A DNA stretch of 64,000 nt from an uncultured Desulfospira sp. (GTDB lineage Bacteria; Desulfobacterota; Desulfobacteria; Desulfobacterales; Desulfobacteraceae). Location: NCBI GenBank assembly GCA_963663165.1, contig OY760175.1, forward strand, positions 1,536,001-1,600,000, given 5' to 3'. Position 1 is the stretch's first letter. Each line of letters starts with the position of its first letter. Below the pieces are notes generated by a model that did not search any database, was not told where the DNA came from, and saw only the letters and a program-made list of their open reading frames with translations. This document shows positions 27,346-37,398 of this stretch, piece after piece. A program made the translations under genes and the position numbers.

Positions 27346-29193
27346 ATGGCACAACTTATTGCTGACAGAAGAGATGTGGACTTTGTTCTTCACGAGCAGA
27401 TCGGGATGGTCGAACATGAGCTGTTTGCCGAGTTCAACAAAAAAACCGTTGACCTGATTGTATCTGAAGCAAGGAACCTGGCCATCAAAGAGATCCTGCC
27501 AACGTTCAAAGAAGGGGATGAACAAGGCTGTGTCCTTGAAAACGGCAAGGTCACGACCCCCCCCTCCTTTAAGCGGGCCTGGGACCTGTTCTGCGAAGGA
27601 GAGTGGCTGGCCATGTGCGATGATCCCGAAGCCGGCGGCCAGGGCATGCCCCGGACCGTGGGCAGCGCGGCTTTAGAATATATGGTGGGGGCCAACTCCT
27701 CTTTTATGCTCTACTACGGCATGACCCACGGGGCCGCCAAACTCGTGGAATCCTTTGGCACCGAGGCCCAGAAAAAGCTTTACTTAAAAAATATGTTTGC
27801 CGGCAAATGGGGCGGAACCATGCTGCTCACCGAGCCTGAAGCCGGCTCCGATGTCGGGGCCCTGACCACCACGGCCGTCAAAAAAGGTGACGGCACCTAT
27901 GCCATCAACGGGTCCAAAATTTTCATCTCCGCCGGGGAACACGATCTGTGCGATAACATCATCCATCCGGTTCTGGCCCGGATTGAAGGGGCACCGGAAG
28001 GCACAAAGGGGATTTCCCTGTTCCTGGTCCCCAAGTACCTGGTCAACGAAGACGGGTCCCTTGGACCATTCAACCATGTGGTCTGTACCGGGCTTGAACA
28101 TAAAATGGGAATCCATGGAAATGCCACGGCATCTCTGTCTTTGGGCGAGAAAGGCGAATGCATCGGCACCCTGCTGGGGGAAGAAAACAAGGGCATGCCC
28201 GAGATGTTCCAGATGATGAATGAGGCCCGGGCCTTTGTGGGCATGCAGGGGTTTGCCACGGCATCTGCCTCCTATATGTATGCCTTAGAGTATGCCCGGA
28301 CCAGAATCCAGGGCCGCCACCTGGCCGCCGGCAAGACCGGGGATTATAAAAGCGTGACCATCATCAACCACCCGGATGTCAAGCGCCAGTTGCTGAACAT
28401 GAAGGCCTATACCGAGGGCATGCGCTCGTTGCTCTACTATTACGCCAAATGCACCGACATCGTTCACACCACAGAAGATGAAACCCTCAAAAAAGAGACC
28501 AGCGCCCTGATTGAAGTGCTCACCCCCATTGCCAAAGGGTTTGTCACGGACAAGGCCTTTGAGGTCTGCTCCCACGGGGTTCAGGTTTACGGCGGATACG
28601 GATATATCCAGGAATACCCGGTGGAACAGCTGCTCAGGGACTCCAGAATTTTCATGATCTATGAGGGGACCAACGGGATCCAGGCCATGGACCTTGTCGG
28701 CCGCAAGCTGTCCATGAACAAGGGGGCCTCCTTTGCCTATTTCCTGGACCAGATCAAACAGACCATTGAGCAGGCAAAAGCGATTGAGGGCGTGGAAGGC
28801 CTTGCCGAAAAAGTGGCCCATGCCGTTTCCCGGTTAGAAGAGCTGGCCGCCGAAATCGGCAGCCGGTCCAGGTCTGAGAATATGCTCAATGCCTATGCCT
28901 TTGCCAGTCCGTTCCTGGAAATCACCGGGGAAATCACCTTTGCCTGGATGCATTTGTGGCGGGCCTGTGTGGCCGCACCCAAGCTTGCCAAAAAAGTCGG
29001 CTCCCTGGATAAGGACGAAGTGGCCGCCAAAGCCGCCAAGAACAAGGACGCGGCCTTTTATGCCGGCCAGATGGCCACGGCCCGGTTTTTTATCCATACC
29101 CTTCTGCCGGCGGTTTATGGTAAGATGGATGCGATCCTTGAAGGGGATTCTTGTGTAGAGGATATACAGGACGTCTCCTTTGGATCAAAATAG
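27346..29193 (+). CDS. Acyl-CoA dehydrogenase
   Basis: LTEPEAGSD, GSKIFIS, EHKMGIHG, GGYGYI and IYEGTNGIQA motifs. Confidence 0.93.
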   Translation: MAQLIADRRDVDFVLHEQIGMVEHELFAEFNKKTVDLIVSEARNLAIKEILPTFKEGDEQGCVLENGKVTTPPSFKRAWDLFCEGEWLAMCDDPEAGGQGMPRTVGSAALEYMVGANSSFMLYYGMTHGAAKLVESFGTEAQKKLYLKNMFAGKWGGTMLLTEPEAGSDVGALTTTAVKKGDGTYAINGSKIFISAGEHDLCDNIIHPVLARIEGAPEGTKGISLFLVPKYLVNEDGSLGPFNHVVCTGLEHKMGIHGNATASLSLGEKGECIGTLLGEENKGMPEMFQMMNEARAFVGMQGFATASASYMYALEYARTRIQGRHLAAGKTGDYKSVTIINHPDVKRQLLNMKAYTEGMRSLLYYYAKCTDIVHTTEDETLKKETSALIEVLTPIAKGFVTDKAFEVCSHGVQVYGGYGYIQEYPVEQLLRDSRIFMIYEGTNGIQAMDLVGRKLSMNKGASFAYFLDQIKQTIEQAKAIEGVEGLAEKVAHAVSRLEELAAEIGSRSRSENMLNAYAFASPFLEITGEITFAWMHLWRACVAAPKLAKKVGSLDKDEVAAKAAKNKDAAFYAGQMATARFFIHTLLPAVYGKMDAILEGDSCVEDIQDVSFGSK

Positions 29194-29334
29194 GGTTTGA
29201 ACGAAAAGCCACCCATCTGCTGCGTTGCAGAAAAATTTGCAATCCTCACGACCTTCAAGGTTGCTCCGGTTGCAAATTTTTCTGGCTTCTGACCTTTGGT
29301 TACGCCTTGCATCTGGGTACCTTTTCGCCCAAAC
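29191..29334 (+). mobile_element. MITE-like element family B
   Basis: TAGGGTTTGAACGAAAAG..CATCTGCTGCGTTGCAG..CGCCTTGCATCTGGG..CTTTTCGCCCAAAC; highly similar to the reverse complement of 62037-62203; starts at the TAG stop. Confidence 0.85.
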
Positions 29335-29450
29335 TCCAGTTCTCAACCAGATATAACCTAAGTGGGTAGGCCAACGGCTATTAGGCTGAAGTTTGCAATT
29401 CCTTCAGCCTAAACCCCTTCAGCCTAAACCCCTTTACAAAGGAGTCCTTC

Positions 29451-29753
29451 ATGTTGGAAACCATAAAGAAAAGTATTCTTACCGGGATTGGCATGGCCTT
29501 GCGGTCCAAGACGGAAATTGAGGAGATGGCAAAGGAGTTTGCCCAGAATGCCGAAATGAACCAGACAGAGGCAAAGGAATTTCTCAACGAGATTCGGACC
29601 AAATACGATGAGGCCCGGTCCGACTTTGACAAGAAACTGGAATCCGCCGTTGAAACCGTATTGAAAAAACTGGACCTGCCCACCCGGTCGGATATCCGGG
29701 AACTGAACAGCCGAATTGATGAGCTTGCCGAAAAACTGGACAAAAATTCCTGA
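29451..29753 (+). CDS. Phasin / PHA-granule-associated family protein
   Basis: KKSILTGIG, a coiled coil and LDLPTRSDI..L..RI..L; adjacent to a UbiB gene. Confidence 0.75.
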   Translation: MLETIKKSILTGIGMALRSKTEIEEMAKEFAQNAEMNQTEAKEFLNEIRTKYDEARSDFDKKLESAVETVLKKLDLPTRSDIRELNSRIDELAEKLDKNS

Positions 29754-29762
29754 TCCGGGCCC

Positions 29763-31472
29763 ATGCTCAGCATTAAAAATATCGGCAAGGTCACCAAGCG
29801 GTACCGCCATCTGATCCGGTACCAGCAGATCATCGGGATTATTTTCAAGTATGGGTTTGAAAATATCCTGGAAGCCGTCCGGATCGACCATTACATTGAA
29901 TCCGGTTTAAAGCTGTTTCACCTGGACCGGGCCGATGAGCCCAGCGAGAAAATCCACCGGCTCAACCGGAACCAGAGAATCCGGATGGCCCTGGAAGAAC
30001 TTGGGCCCACCTTTGTCAAGATGGGCCAGGTTCTCTCCTCAAGGCCTGATCTGGTTCCCCTGGACCTGATCGGTGAACTTGAAAAACTTCAGGACAATAT
30101 CCCGAGTTTCGGTTTTGACCAGGTAACGGGCATTATCCTTTCAGAGTTCGGCAAAAGCCATGAAGTCATGTTTGATTCCTTTGACCCTGCCCCTTTTGCC
30201 TCGGCCTCCATCGGCCAGGTTCACCAGGCAACCATCCAGGGCGACATCAAGGTCGCCGTCAAGGTCCAGCGGCCCGGAATAAAAAAGACCATAGAGGCCG
30301 ACCTCGAAATCATGCACCACCTGGCCTCCATCCTTGAACGGAATATCGAAGAAGCCGCCCTTTTCCGGCCGGTCAAAATTGTTGAAGAATTTGCCAAAAC
30401 CCTTGAGAAGGAACTGGACTACACCATTGAAGCGGCCAACATGGAGCGGATGGGCGGGCAGTTTGCAAAGGACAGGTCCATTCATATTCCCAAAACCTTT
30501 CCCCATCAATCCAGTGAACGGGTCCTGACCATGGAGTTCATCCAGGGCATAAAGGCCGACAACATCAAGGCCATTGATCAGGCAGGCCTTGACCGGAAAC
30601 GGATTATGCGGACCGGGGCTGACTTTACCATGAAACAGGTGTTTGAGCACGGGTTTTTCCATGCCGACCCCCATCCGGGGAATATCTTTGTTCTTGAAGA
30701 CGGCCGGATCTGCCCGGTTGATTTCGGCATGACAGGCTACGTGGACCAGACCACCCGGGAAATCTTTGTGGACCTGATCCATGCCATCGGCTCTAAGAAT
30801 TTCAAGGCCTCGGCCACCCTGTTGTGCAGCCTTGCCGAATATGATGCCCTGCCGGACATGGCCTTTTTGGAAAAGGATCTTTCCCAGTTTGTCTCCCTGC
30901 ACCTGACCAAGTCGTTAAAGGACATCAAAACCACCGGAATGCTCAACCGGTTTCTTGAACTGTGTTCGACTCACGGTATCCGGATACCGCCCGATCTTTT
31001 TTTAATGATGAAAGCCTTTATCTGCGTTGAAGGGCTGGCCAGAAAACTGGACCCGGACTTTAATATGATCGCCCATGCCGTGCCCTATGTGGAAAAGGCC
31101 AAATTCAAAAAATACTCCCTGCCCCGGCTCACCGAGGACCTTCTGGGCATTGCCCGGGAATCCCTGGGGCTGTTTCAGACCCTTCCCGCGGACGCCAAGG
31201 AACTGCTCCGGCTGGCCAAAGCCGGCAAACTCCACCTTGACATCAGCATCGACCAGATGGACCGGATGATGAAAACCCAGGACCAGACCTCCAACCGGAT
31301 TTCCTTTTCCATCATCATTGCGGCCCTGATTTTGGGGTCGGCCATCGTGGTCAACTCCGATGCCCAGCCGCTTCTTTTCGGATTTTCGGTCATCGGCATT
31401 GCCGGCTTCATTGCCGCGGCCGTCATGGGAATCTGGCTTTTGGTGGCCATTATCCGGCGAGGAAGGTTATAA
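29763..31472 (+). CDS. UbiB/ABC1 (AarF) family kinase-like protein
   Basis: LGPTFVKMGQ.LS.RPD, ASASIGQVH, VKVQRP, FHADPHPGN and DFG motifs. Confidence 0.92.
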   Translation: MLSIKNIGKVTKRYRHLIRYQQIIGIIFKYGFENILEAVRIDHYIESGLKLFHLDRADEPSEKIHRLNRNQRIRMALEELGPTFVKMGQVLSSRPDLVPLDLIGELEKLQDNIPSFGFDQVTGIILSEFGKSHEVMFDSFDPAPFASASIGQVHQATIQGDIKVAVKVQRPGIKKTIEADLEIMHHLASILERNIEEAALFRPVKIVEEFAKTLEKELDYTIEAANMERMGGQFAKDRSIHIPKTFPHQSSERVLTMEFIQGIKADNIKAIDQAGLDRKRIMRTGADFTMKQVFEHGFFHADPHPGNIFVLEDGRICPVDFGMTGYVDQTTREIFVDLIHAIGSKNFKASATLLCSLAEYDALPDMAFLEKDLSQFVSLHLTKSLKDIKTTGMLNRFLELCSTHGIRIPPDLFLMMKAFICVEGLARKLDPDFNMIAHAVPYVEKAKFKKYSLPRLTEDLLGIARESLGLFQTLPADAKELLRLAKAGKLHLDISIDQMDRMMKTQDQTSNRISFSIIIAALILGSAIVVNSDAQPLLFGFSVIGIAGFIAAAVMGIWLLVAIIRRGRL

Positions 31473-31533
31473 AGCGGAGACCGGAGACTGGAAACCGCCA
31501 GACCGGATGTTGTAAATCCTTTAGCCTTAAATC

Positions 31534-31584
31534 GTTGGAGCGGGCCATGCCCGCGATTCTTTCGCGGGCATGGCCCGCTCCAAC
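31534..31584. repeat. Inverted REP pair (REPIN-like)
   Basis: GTTGGAGCGGGCCATGCCCGCGA-ttctt-TCGCGGGCATGGCCCGCTCCAAC, a perfect 23-bp inverted repeat. Confidence 0.85.
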
Positions 31585-31736
31585 CTTGCCAGTGCCGCTT
31601 TATTAGAAAACCATGAGAAGGCTTGGGGTCGCTATACAACCTTGAACCAATCTGCTATTTTCCCGAACCATAAAATTTAACAGGCAATGTGAGGCGCTGC
31701 CTGGCGGTTAAAATGGAAAAAGGGATATGATCAAAA

Positions 31737-33509
31737 ATGGTAGATGATTCACAGCCGGTGTATCGGAAAGACTGGTCCGCCACCCTTAAAACCGCCGCCA
31801 TTGTCTGGGGTGTCAATTTTCTGTTAACCGGATTCAAGTTTCTCATCTACTGGGTGTCCGGCAGCCTTGCCGTGCTGGCCGAGGCCTGGCACAGTTTTAC
31901 GGATATCGCCACCAGCGGCCTGGTTTTTTTCGCCATCTTCTTTTCAACCCGGAAAACCGGCCAGACAGAAGGCCCGGGACAAGGCCCTGAAGGGCCCCGG
32001 CATGTCAGCGTCCTGGAAATTGCCGCTTCGGTCTGTATCGGACTGCTGCTGCTGACCGTATCCGGCCTGCTGTTTACCAAGCTGCTGGGATCTGATGCCG
32101 CGCCCATCCGAAGCCCCCTTTTATCGGGGATCACCTTTATTGTCTTTGCCGTTGCCTCCTATCTTATCAGCACCTTTGAAACCCAGATGGGAAAAACCCA
32201 GGCCTCTTTAGGGCTGATATCCGACGGCATGCACGCCAAAGCGGACATGCTCGCCTCTTTGCTCACTGGACTGAGCCTGATCCTCTATGCCATGGGCGTG
32301 AACATTGATAAGTGGATGGCCGGGGCTGTTGCCACGGTTATGCTGCTTCTGTCTTTAGATACTTTTGTGAATGCCTTTAGGGTGGTTAAGGACAAAAATG
32401 GAAAATCACTCTATAACTACCGTTTTTTAAATGCCATCCTGTCGGTTTTCACCATGGACAATCTAACCCGGCTGCCCCGGTACGGCCATGCCTTTCTGGT
32501 TAACCGGCTGGGGGACAGGGCAAGGGTTACACGGTTATACAACGTCTGTTTATTCATCCCCGTGGCGTATATTTTGTATGTTTACGGCTCAACCGCCTGT
32601 TACACGGTAGCCGTCAATGAGACCGCCATTGTCGAGCGGTTCGGCAGCCCCTCGGGCAAGCCAATGGGACCGGGATTTCACCTGAAACTGCCCTGGCCCG
32701 TGGACAAGGTGGTCAAGGTCGGGTCGGCTTCCATCCGAAGCCTTGATATCGGCAATACCGCTTCAACCCGGCAAGCCTTTATCTGGACCGTAAAGCACGG
32801 CAGTGAAGAAGCCTTTCTAACGGGGAACAACAACTTCTTTTACCCTTATATCACCCTTCATTACCGGATCAGAGACCCGTTTAAATTTCTTTACAACCAC
32901 CGTGATCCCGAGCAGTTGCTCAATGAGGTGGGACACAGGGCAGCGGTCTGTCTGTTTGCCGGGCAGTCCTTTTATGATATTGCCACCACAAAGCGGGGCC
33001 TGCTCCAGGAAAAAATGAAACAGTCCATCCAGCAATCCCTGAACCGCCATGACAGCGGTATTGAACTGGTCAGCGTCAACTTCAGGGACATCCACCCGCC
33101 CATTTCCATTGCCAAATCCTTTGAAGAGGTGGTGGCCGCCTTTCAGGACAAACAGGAAACCATCAACCAGGCCATCGGGTATGCCAACAGCGTGATTCCC
33201 CAGTCCCGGGGTGATGCCGACAAAAATGTCCAGTCGGCCCGGGGCTACAGTGTTCACCGCTTAAGCCAAGCCCAGGGCGAGGCCAGGCGGTTTGAACTGC
33301 GGTTGCCGGCCACCCATGCCGAAAAGAATATTTCCATGGAACGGCTCTACCGGGAAACCATGACCCAGGTCTTAAAAGACAAAACCAAAATCATTGTGGA
33401 TCCCAATGCCGGAATCCCGGACATCTGGATGAACTTTAACAACACCGAGTCTAATTTTTCAGAGGTCTGGTCCAGGTCCGACAGGGAACCAGATGATAAA
33501 GGACGGTAA
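31737..33509 (+). CDS. Cation diffusion facilitator membrane domain fused to an HflK-type SPFH domain
   Basis: N-terminal GSLAVLAEAWHSFTD and SDGMHAKAD; C-terminal ERFG, PGFHLKLPWPVD, LTGNNN and DIHPP..IA..FEEV. Confidence 0.85.
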   Translation: MVDDSQPVYRKDWSATLKTAAIVWGVNFLLTGFKFLIYWVSGSLAVLAEAWHSFTDIATSGLVFFAIFFSTRKTGQTEGPGQGPEGPRHVSVLEIAASVCIGLLLLTVSGLLFTKLLGSDAAPIRSPLLSGITFIVFAVASYLISTFETQMGKTQASLGLISDGMHAKADMLASLLTGLSLILYAMGVNIDKWMAGAVATVMLLLSLDTFVNAFRVVKDKNGKSLYNYRFLNAILSVFTMDNLTRLPRYGHAFLVNRLGDRARVTRLYNVCLFIPVAYILYVYGSTACYTVAVNETAIVERFGSPSGKPMGPGFHLKLPWPVDKVVKVGSASIRSLDIGNTASTRQAFIWTVKHGSEEAFLTGNNNFFYPYITLHYRIRDPFKFLYNHRDPEQLLNEVGHRAAVCLFAGQSFYDIATTKRGLLQEKMKQSIQQSLNRHDSGIELVSVNFRDIHPPISIAKSFEEVVAAFQDKQETINQAIGYANSVIPQSRGDADKNVQSARGYSVHRLSQAQGEARRFELRLPATHAEKNISMERLYRETMTQVLKDKTKIIVDPNAGIPDIWMNFNNTESNFSEVWSRSDREPDDKGR

Positions 33510-33510
33510 A

Positions 33511-34392
33511 ATGAAATATATCATCCCCGCCATTTTGATCATTACAGCCCTTTCCTATCTTAGCACCTATACGGTATCCCAGAGGGAATATGTGGTCCTG
33601 ACACGGTTCGGCAAGCCCTGCGGCACCATCAGCACACCCGGGCTTCATGCCAAGCGGCCCGGTTTTCTGGAAACAGTAAACCGCATCGAAAGAAGGGCCC
33701 ATATGTTCAACACCAACCCCATTCAGCTGCTGCTCGGGGATAAAAACCCTATTATCATCACCTGTTATATCTGCTGGCGGGTCAAGGATCCCCTGCTGTT
33801 TTTTCAGTCCCTTTTAAACAGCGACATTGCCACCCAGAAACTGTCGGACATGGTCAATTCACAAATGGGCAATGCCTTGGGGGAATTTAAGCTTGATCAT
33901 ATCATTAACACGGACGCCTCACAGGTCAGGCTTGCCGATCTTGAACAGCAGATCCTGGCCAAAACCAATGCCGGCGCCGTTGGCCGGTACGGCATTGAGG
34001 TCATGGACATCGGAATCCGGCGGCTGGCCTACCCGTCGGTGGTGGCGGACGCGGTTTACAACCGGATGCGCTCGGAACGGCTGAAGGAAGCCAAAAAATT
34101 CCGGGCTGAAGGCAAGGAAGAGGCTACCAAAATAAAGGCCAAAGCAGACCGGGAGGCCAAGGAAATCATGGCCCAGGCATTCAAAGAGTCTGAAATTCTC
34201 AAGGGCGAAGGGGACAGAAAGGCGCTGGAGATTTATGCCAATGCTTATACCAAGGACAAAGCCTTTTTTGAATTTTTAAAATCCATGGAGGTCTATAAGG
34301 ATATTCTGGATAACCGGAGCACGGTTATCTTGTCCACTGATTCGGATATTTTTAAATATTTTAATCAATTGCAAGGAACAGAAGCACAATGA
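33511..34392 (+). CDS. HflC-type SPFH protein
   Basis: TRFGKP, PGLH.K.P, VYNRMRSER, RAEG.E and GEGD..A..IYA.AY motifs. Confidence 0.88.
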   Translation: MKYIIPAILIITALSYLSTYTVSQREYVVLTRFGKPCGTISTPGLHAKRPGFLETVNRIERRAHMFNTNPIQLLLGDKNPIIITCYICWRVKDPLLFFQSLLNSDIATQKLSDMVNSQMGNALGEFKLDHIINTDASQVRLADLEQQILAKTNAGAVGRYGIEVMDIGIRRLAYPSVVADAVYNRMRSERLKEAKKFRAEGKEEATKIKAKADREAKEIMAQAFKESEILKGEGDRKALEIYANAYTKDKAFFEFLKSMEVYKDILDNRSTVILSTDSDIFKYFNQLQGTEAQ

Positions 34393-35387
34393 CCCCCCCG
34401 GCCGCCACCCCGTTAAAACCCACCTTCCACCTGGCCTTAAGGCATGCCTGGCTGTTTTCCCGGTTTATTCTGGCCGGTCTTGCCCTGCTCTACCTGCTGT
34501 CGGGAGTTTTTTCCGTCTCACAAAATGAAATCGGTGTCCACATTCGCTTGGGCCGTATCATCAACGGCCATGTTCAGCCCGGGATCCATTACCGGCTGCC
34601 CTGGCCCTTTGATTCAGTGGCAAAGGTGGCGGTCCGGGAGGTCAAACGGGTGGTTATTGATGAGTTTGAACTCTCGCCTGCCCCAAAAGGAGAGGCAAAG
34701 CCGCCGCCGGACAGTTTTGCCGCCATGACCGGGCTGGACTCCTACTGCATCACCGGAGATAACAACCTGGCAACGGTCAGCTGCATTATCCAGTACACGG
34801 TGTTTAACCCGTCCGAATACCTGTTCAGCCATATGGACCCCGAAGGAATGCTCAAAAACCTGGCCTGCAAGTCCATTCTCCACTGCCTGGCCGCCATGCC
34901 CATCGACGACATCCTGACCAAAGGCAAACAGGCCGTGGCCAGCACCATTCAGCAAAAGCTGCAAACAGAGCTTGGCCAGATGAAAACCGGTATCAACATC
35001 TCCTCTGTAGAGATAAAGAACATCAGCCCGCCGGCCCGGGTGGCCAAATACTTTTCAGAAGTGGCCAAGGCCTCCATTGAACGGGAAAAAAGCATCAACG
35101 AGGCCCAGTCCTACCAAAACGAAGTCTTTTCCAAAGCCAAGGCCCAGGCCCGCGAACAAATGGAAGAAGCCAGCGGATATAAAAAAGAGGCCATCCTGAT
35201 GGCCCAGGGAAAGACCGAGCGGTTCAACCAGCTTTTAGAACAGGCCGGGGAAAAGGGCAGCCTCACCTGGAAACTGCTCTATGCCGAATCCATGATTCAG
35301 ATCATGAAAAGCGTGGGCAAAAAGCACATTGTCCAGACCAACAAGGACGGCCGTCCTGCGGTTAACCTTAAGATCAACACGCCTTAA
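34389..35387 (+). CDS. HflK-type SPFH protein
   Basis: PGIHYRLPWPFD, ITGDNN and PP..V...F.EV..A motifs. Confidence 0.85.
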   Translation: MTPPAATPLKPTFHLALRHAWLFSRFILAGLALLYLLSGVFSVSQNEIGVHIRLGRIINGHVQPGIHYRLPWPFDSVAKVAVREVKRVVIDEFELSPAPKGEAKPPPDSFAAMTGLDSYCITGDNNLATVSCIIQYTVFNPSEYLFSHMDPEGMLKNLACKSILHCLAAMPIDDILTKGKQAVASTIQQKLQTELGQMKTGINISSVEIKNISPPARVAKYFSEVAKASIEREKSINEAQSYQNEVFSKAKAQAREQMEEASGYKKEAILMAQGKTERFNQLLEQAGEKGSLTWKLLYAESMIQIMKSVGKKHIVQTNKDGRPAVNLKINTP

Positions 35388-35629
35388 GCATACGTTAAAA
35401 TATTCGTATAAAATCAAATGATTAGATCCACAAACATTTCTCTAACACCATATTTATATTCTAATAATCCCCCCTTAACAAATCCCTAATTTCATTGGGA
35501 TAAACTCGTTTCGACCGCCGGGAAAGGGCTGGCATCCGGAAAAGCTGAAATTTTAGCACCAGGATGCTAGGAATCCTGGCAAGTTAAGTTTGAAAGATTA
35601 TCTAATTTACTTTAAGGAGGACGAGCAAG

Positions 35630-36271
35630 ATGAAACGGGTATTATTAATTGCAGCAGCACTTTTATTTCTGGCCGGCAGCGCTCAGGCTGCCACCACGCT
35701 TACTTACGGTTGGGAAGACGGCGAGACGATTCTGGGAAGTTATAGTAGCATCACAGCCACCAATGATGATGAGCATGTGTATAGTGGGAGCTACAGTCTG
35801 AAATTAGTTGACGGCGGTGAATCTGGAACACCCCAGGCGTATGTGGCCTGGATTACCGGGCTCAGTGATGGCGATACGGTTACTGCAGGTTTCTGGGTTT
35901 ATGACACCACTAGCGGCTCACCTTCTGGCAGAATCTGGGGACATTATACAGACGATGACACTGACATTGACAGCTATGTAAAAAGTGCCTCTGGGAATAA
36001 CACTTACAGTGGTACAGACGGCACCTGGACTTACCTTGAATATACTTGGACTTTTGATTCTTCAAGCTCCAATGGTCTGGTAATTGAAGCAAGGACTTAT
36101 TCAAGTTCAGGAGACACTATCTGGGTAGACGACATCACAGTTACCGCGCCGGATGGGGCTACGATCATGTTCGCAGGCGGGGCAGCAGCTACTGTTCCCG
36201 TTCCCAGCGCTATGCTGCTGTTAGGTTCCGGCCTTGTAGCCCTGGCTGGCATTCGCAGAAAAAATGCATAA
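35630..36271 (+). CDS. PEP-CTERM/VPLPA-CTERM-type surface protein
   Basis: Signal peptide (AQA/A), Ser/Thr/Asp-rich beta domain and C-terminal VPVPSAMLLLGSGLVALAGIRRKNA. Confidence 0.85.
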   Translation: MKRVLLIAAALLFLAGSAQAATTLTYGWEDGETILGSYSSITATNDDEHVYSGSYSLKLVDGGESGTPQAYVAWITGLSDGDTVTAGFWVYDTTSGSPSGRIWGHYTDDDTDIDSYVKSASGNNTYSGTDGTWTYLEYTWTFDSSSSNGLVIEARTYSSSGDTIWVDDITVTAPDGATIMFAGGAAATVPVPSAMLLLGSGLVALAGIRRKNA

Positions 36272-36298
36272 CCACAGGCAAGTGTAAACTTAAGTCCG

Positions 36299-36424
36299 GT
36301 AGGGCGGGCAAAAGCGCAGCGTTGCCCGCCATTTGCATGCAGAACACGTTATGGGCAAATAATAAAATCAAATGGCCTGAATTTATTGACGAACGGTGGG
36401 CACAAAAAGCGTGCCCACCCTTAC
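36299..36424. repeat. Inverted pair of GTAG-type REP palindromes
   Basis: GTAGGGCGGGCAA..TTGCCCGCC (36299-36330) and the inverted GTAAGGGTGGGCAC..GTGCCCACC (36395-36424). Confidence 0.7.
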
Positions 36425-36455
36425 CCGGCCAAGCCTATAATCGGCACAAAAATCT

Positions 36456-36489
36456 AAGGCCGGCGGGAATTTCCCGCCGGCCTTTTTTT
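36456..36489 (+). terminator. Intrinsic terminator between convergent genes
   Basis: AAGGCCGGCGGGAA-T-TTCCCGCCGGCC followed by TTTTTTT. Confidence 0.85.
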
Positions 36490-36514
36490 GCTTCACCGCC
36501 CTTAACTCCATATC

Positions 36515-36889
36515 TTAAATAACGGCTTTAAACTCAATTTTTTCATCTGAGAACGTCGCTTCAATCACTTTATGCACGCCATGTCCGGGATTTGGCTCTT
36601 TAAAAATTTTAACCAACTGATATTGTGATAATATTTTCAGATCATTATTAAGACTTACCGGTGTGCGCCCCATATCCGACATCAGTTGGGAAAAAACAAC
36701 TTTTTTCTTTATCCTCAGGTATTGTATGAGTCTGGTTCTTTCCGGCTTTAGTATGGCCATTAAATCTGAGGGATCAATCCATATGGTATTTTTAGGGGTT
36801 AATCTGCATCCCTCATCTATCTGTTTGGCGGTTTCTCTGGCTGACGTAAAAAAATCGGAAAGCGCCCCTGATTTTATCTCAATAGTCAT
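36515..36889 (-). CDS. HVO_A0114-like HTH protein, putative antitoxin
   Basis: L..ILKPER..LI..L....V..SQL...MGR...S...DL..L....LV pattern; overlaps the upstream toxin-like gene (ATGA). Confidence 0.7.
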   Translation of the reverse strand: MTIEIKSGALSDFFTSARETAKQIDEGCRLTPKNTIWIDPSDLMAILKPERTRLIQYLRIKKKVVFSQLMSDMGRTPVSLNNDLKILSQYQLVKIFKEPNPGHGVHKVIEATFSDEKIEFKAVI

Positions 36890-37203
36890 TTTATGAACTC
36901 CCTTATTTCTTTTTCAAATTTTTCAACAAGTTCATAATAACTTGTAAAATCATCCATCTGTGTTATCTCTCCAAAGTAATGCCTGTGGTGAAAATGATGC
37001 GTATTATCATAGCCTAAGACCCTGCCGTTGTCCCCAGAGAAAATAAGATGATTAATATAGGCCATGCTGTACTTTACTATTTCACCCTGCTCATTCTCCC
37101 ATGCATCGATTTTGACAATTCCGCCACCCCTTTTGGGATTTATGGGAAATTGTTCAGATACCACTTTTTTAAACTTCACCCTACCCGGCCGTCTAAATCT
37201 CAT
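36886..37203 (-). CDS. DUF6516-like putative toxin
   Basis: KYSMAYI...GRVLGYDN.H..HHRH motif; AT-rich; the start may be the GTG at VKFKK. Confidence 0.7.
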   Translation of the reverse strand: MRFRRPGRVKFKKVVSEQFPINPKRGGGIVKIDAWENEQGEIVKYSMAYINHLIFSGDNGRVLGYDNTHHFHHRHYFGEITQMDDFTSYYELVEKFEKEIREFIK

Positions 37204-37398
37204 TTAATCATATTATCAGCCATAAAATATATTGTAAACCTGATTTTCAGTTGTTTTGAGATTGCTTTACCGGGATAGGATTTCATCAGACTGATGAAAA
37301 TACTTGCAGGGAAATATGGAACTTGAAAGGAAGGGGGTACGGTACATGGGAACGGCGCAACAACCGCCGCTCCCATGTGAAGGTTTAAACGTTATTCA

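Noticed and set aside
35530..35546. Sigma54 promoter for the PEP-CTERM gene (TGGCATCCGGAAAAGC)
   Set aside because: The GG-to-GC spacing is one base too long; the similar site near 50125 is also mis-spaced and has GA rather than GC.
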